This document shows, piece by piece, positions 61,673 through 64,000 of a stretch of 64,000 nt of DNA; position 1 is the stretch's first letter; each line of letters starts with the position of its first letter. This DNA is from Podarcis pityusensis (taxonomy: Eukaryota), in assembly GCA_964106645.2 (NCBI GenBank), contig OZ067046.1; one strand, written 5' to 3'. The position numbers and the translations under genes are program-made. The notes under the pieces are model-generated. The model was not told the DNA's origin. It worked only from the letters and a program-made list of their open reading frames with translations, and ran no database searches.

Positions 61673-63216
61673 GTACTACAGATGTAAATTTGAAAACATG
61701 TTTATCCTTGTAACACATCATGTACCCATTCCTCATTCACTCACACACCTGTTAGCTTGACTAAAATATGCTAGGCATACTAACATTGGCCATTCATTCA
61801 GCACACTACAGAACCCCCATCTAATTTTCAGGTGCCTTTTCATGCAATTGAGAAGATAGCATCCAAACCATGTGAAATGCTTGGATGGTTTGATTGTTCC
61901 TTTTTAAACTTTTAACTAAGGATATGGAGGAGTGAACACAAGCATGCTCCCTCCTTTATATTCGAAATCTAGGGTGCGGAACTGCAGGCCAGTCTGGTCT
62001 GTTAGGGGTCCACTTTCACCCATGAGGCCATTATCCCCAAACCATGCCTACCTGCCCATCAGCTGACATCACTGGTGATAAGCAGAGATTAAATCCTGCT
62101 CAAAAGCGCAAGGTGAAGCAGTTTGTGTGCTACCTGCTTTCAGGAGAAACGCACGAGCTGCTTCAGACAATGCTTTTGGAACCCAGCACGAAGCAGGATC
62201 ACACCCCGATCGTACCAGCTGATGGGAAGGGAGAGCAATCCTCCTAAGCACTGGACTTGGTGCACAAGAGAGCTTGTTGCAGGTGTTTGCCAGCTTGCTG
62301 CTGTTGCCAGCAAACTTCAGCCTTGTTTCTCTCATGCCTATCAATGGTGGAGAGGGGAGAAACAGGCTCGGAACTGCCCAAAGCACTAAACATGGGTTTA
62401 ACAATGTCCGTTTGCTTAAAGGGGAGGCAGAGCAAAGCACTGTTTGAAATGAAAGGAGAGGAGTGAATGTTTCAGTGGGCACATTGCAAAGCCACAGATG
62501 GGGTTTTGATAGGTGGGCAGCCCCATCCACCCTGTGAGGCCTATGATGCAAAGGATCTGGCCTGTGAAGCCAAAACGTTTCCCCACGTGTGTTCTAAACC
62601 AACTTTTATGTTTCAAAAATATGACTGTAGGAGTATTCCTAACTTTAAGGTCTAAACAGGATTATTATTTGCAATCAATACATTATGCAGCAAAAGTGTA
62701 TAAATATACTGCATTATTTTTCTTTGGCTCTTTGTACTCTACTGTGTCATCAAGACTGAACCTTTAGCTCTTGCAGTACCTTTCTGAGTGGCACATCTGT
62801 GTGACCCCTAGGAACACATTGTAAGAGATATTAGAGATTTGTAAGTTGTCTCAGTGAATTAAGCTTCAATTCCTATCAGCACATACTGTTGTGCAGTATC
62901 AGCTCCTTCAGCTCTTAACCACTATGCAACACGACACTATGCAACACAAGCCATATAGCTTTTTGAGTAACTCAGATATACACAACAGTCGCATCCTTAT
63001 TTTTTTCCTTGCATGCACACATCTACATACCATTCAATTCACATACCCATTTGATCCCCACTATATTCTTGCTGGCTCTTTGATTCTTGCTGTCAGCATT
63101 GGACAAATCCTGTGTGCCAACAATGAAACTTCTTAGCAAGAAAAGAAGTGACCTTTTGATTTTTAAAGCTACATGCCAGAATATACTGTATTGCATTATT
63201 TTATATCTTTTTCTAG

Positions 63217-63289
63217 CAAGTGTCAGCATATCTTGAAATCAAGATCAGAGAGAGAAGTTTCTGAAGAGGAACCTGTGCAAGAGAATATG
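63217..63289 (+). CDS. CENPU: CENPU coding exon (SKCQHILKSRSEREVSEEEPVQENM); gene continues past the window
   Basis: tttttctag| ... |gtaaag; 73 nt; phase 2 to phase 0 and open. Confidence 0.75.
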
Positions 63290-64000
63290 GTAAAGAAATG
63301 AAGTTAAGATTGTGTGTCCTACTTTTACTTCAGGAAAACAGACAACAATATATTGAAAATTCCAATATATTTCCAATATATTGGAAATAAATAATTGGAT
63401 CTCTATATTTTAATGTATATTATTATAACTGGGTAATTAATTCTCCAGATTTCAAGCAAGTATGATTTATTTACTACTAGCTGAAATCTCATGCTAGCTA
63501 AGATAATGAAGAATGAATATTGGTAATATTCACATGGCATGGCTCTTAAAATCATGACTTGGCCTTAGAAATCATATATATATTCCCTTGTATATTATAA
63601 TTATAATTTCCCTTCTAGAAGCTGAAGCTCTTAAATGCATTTACCCCAATCTAGCAAATGCAGCTTTTGAGTGCTCAGAAAAGAAGATTAGCACAAGTAT
63701 GATAGTTGAGGAATGGCAGACATACCAGGAATGGTATGTTTGGTGCACAAAGCATTGTATCTTTGCAGGCACATTATGTGTATAGGCTTTTGCAGACTCT
63801 TGTTTTCTGTGTTGAGATAATTGCATGTCTTCAGACTACACAGAAATTATGAATGTTAGAAACTTATTTTAATGGAAGTTGACACTTAGGCTTTAAAATA
63901 GTGGTGCTCTTAGTCTAATATTTCTACAGTACAGCTCAGCTGCTTCCCATGTGCTCACTATAAACAACTACTTCTATTGGTCCAGTTGTGATCACAGTTG

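Overview
Eukaryotic DNA from a squamate reptile, probably a lacertid lizard (inferred from Sauria-type SINEs plus Bov-B, CR1, L2 and L1 LINE fragments). It holds a complete + strand ACSL1 gene (long-chain fatty acyl-CoA synthetase 1): CpG-island promoter and non-coding exon 1 at ~8.0-8.5 kb, 20 coding exons from ATG 19949 to TAA 49229 that splice into 2097 nt (698 aa + stop), and a poly(A) signal at 50384. About 5 kb downstream, on the same strand, lies the 5' part of CENPU (CENP-U/PBIP1, with its PLHST Plk1-docking motif), whose cell-cycle promoter is directly followed by a 1.6-kb antisense CR1. The best finding is a pair of 78-nt tandem gate-domain exons in ACSL1 separated by a 52-nt intron. 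Copy A has the usual Phe gate; copy B is splice-intact but has Cys (TGT) where the known alternative gate has Tyr. Other points: a young antisense L1 in intron 5 that supplies a cryptic acceptor and poly(A) signals, a compact PPRE/forkhead/NF-Y/E-box module just upstream of the first coding exon, CTCF motifs ahead of both promoters, and nested transposons. Comparisons with mammalian proteins are from memory, not from a database search.
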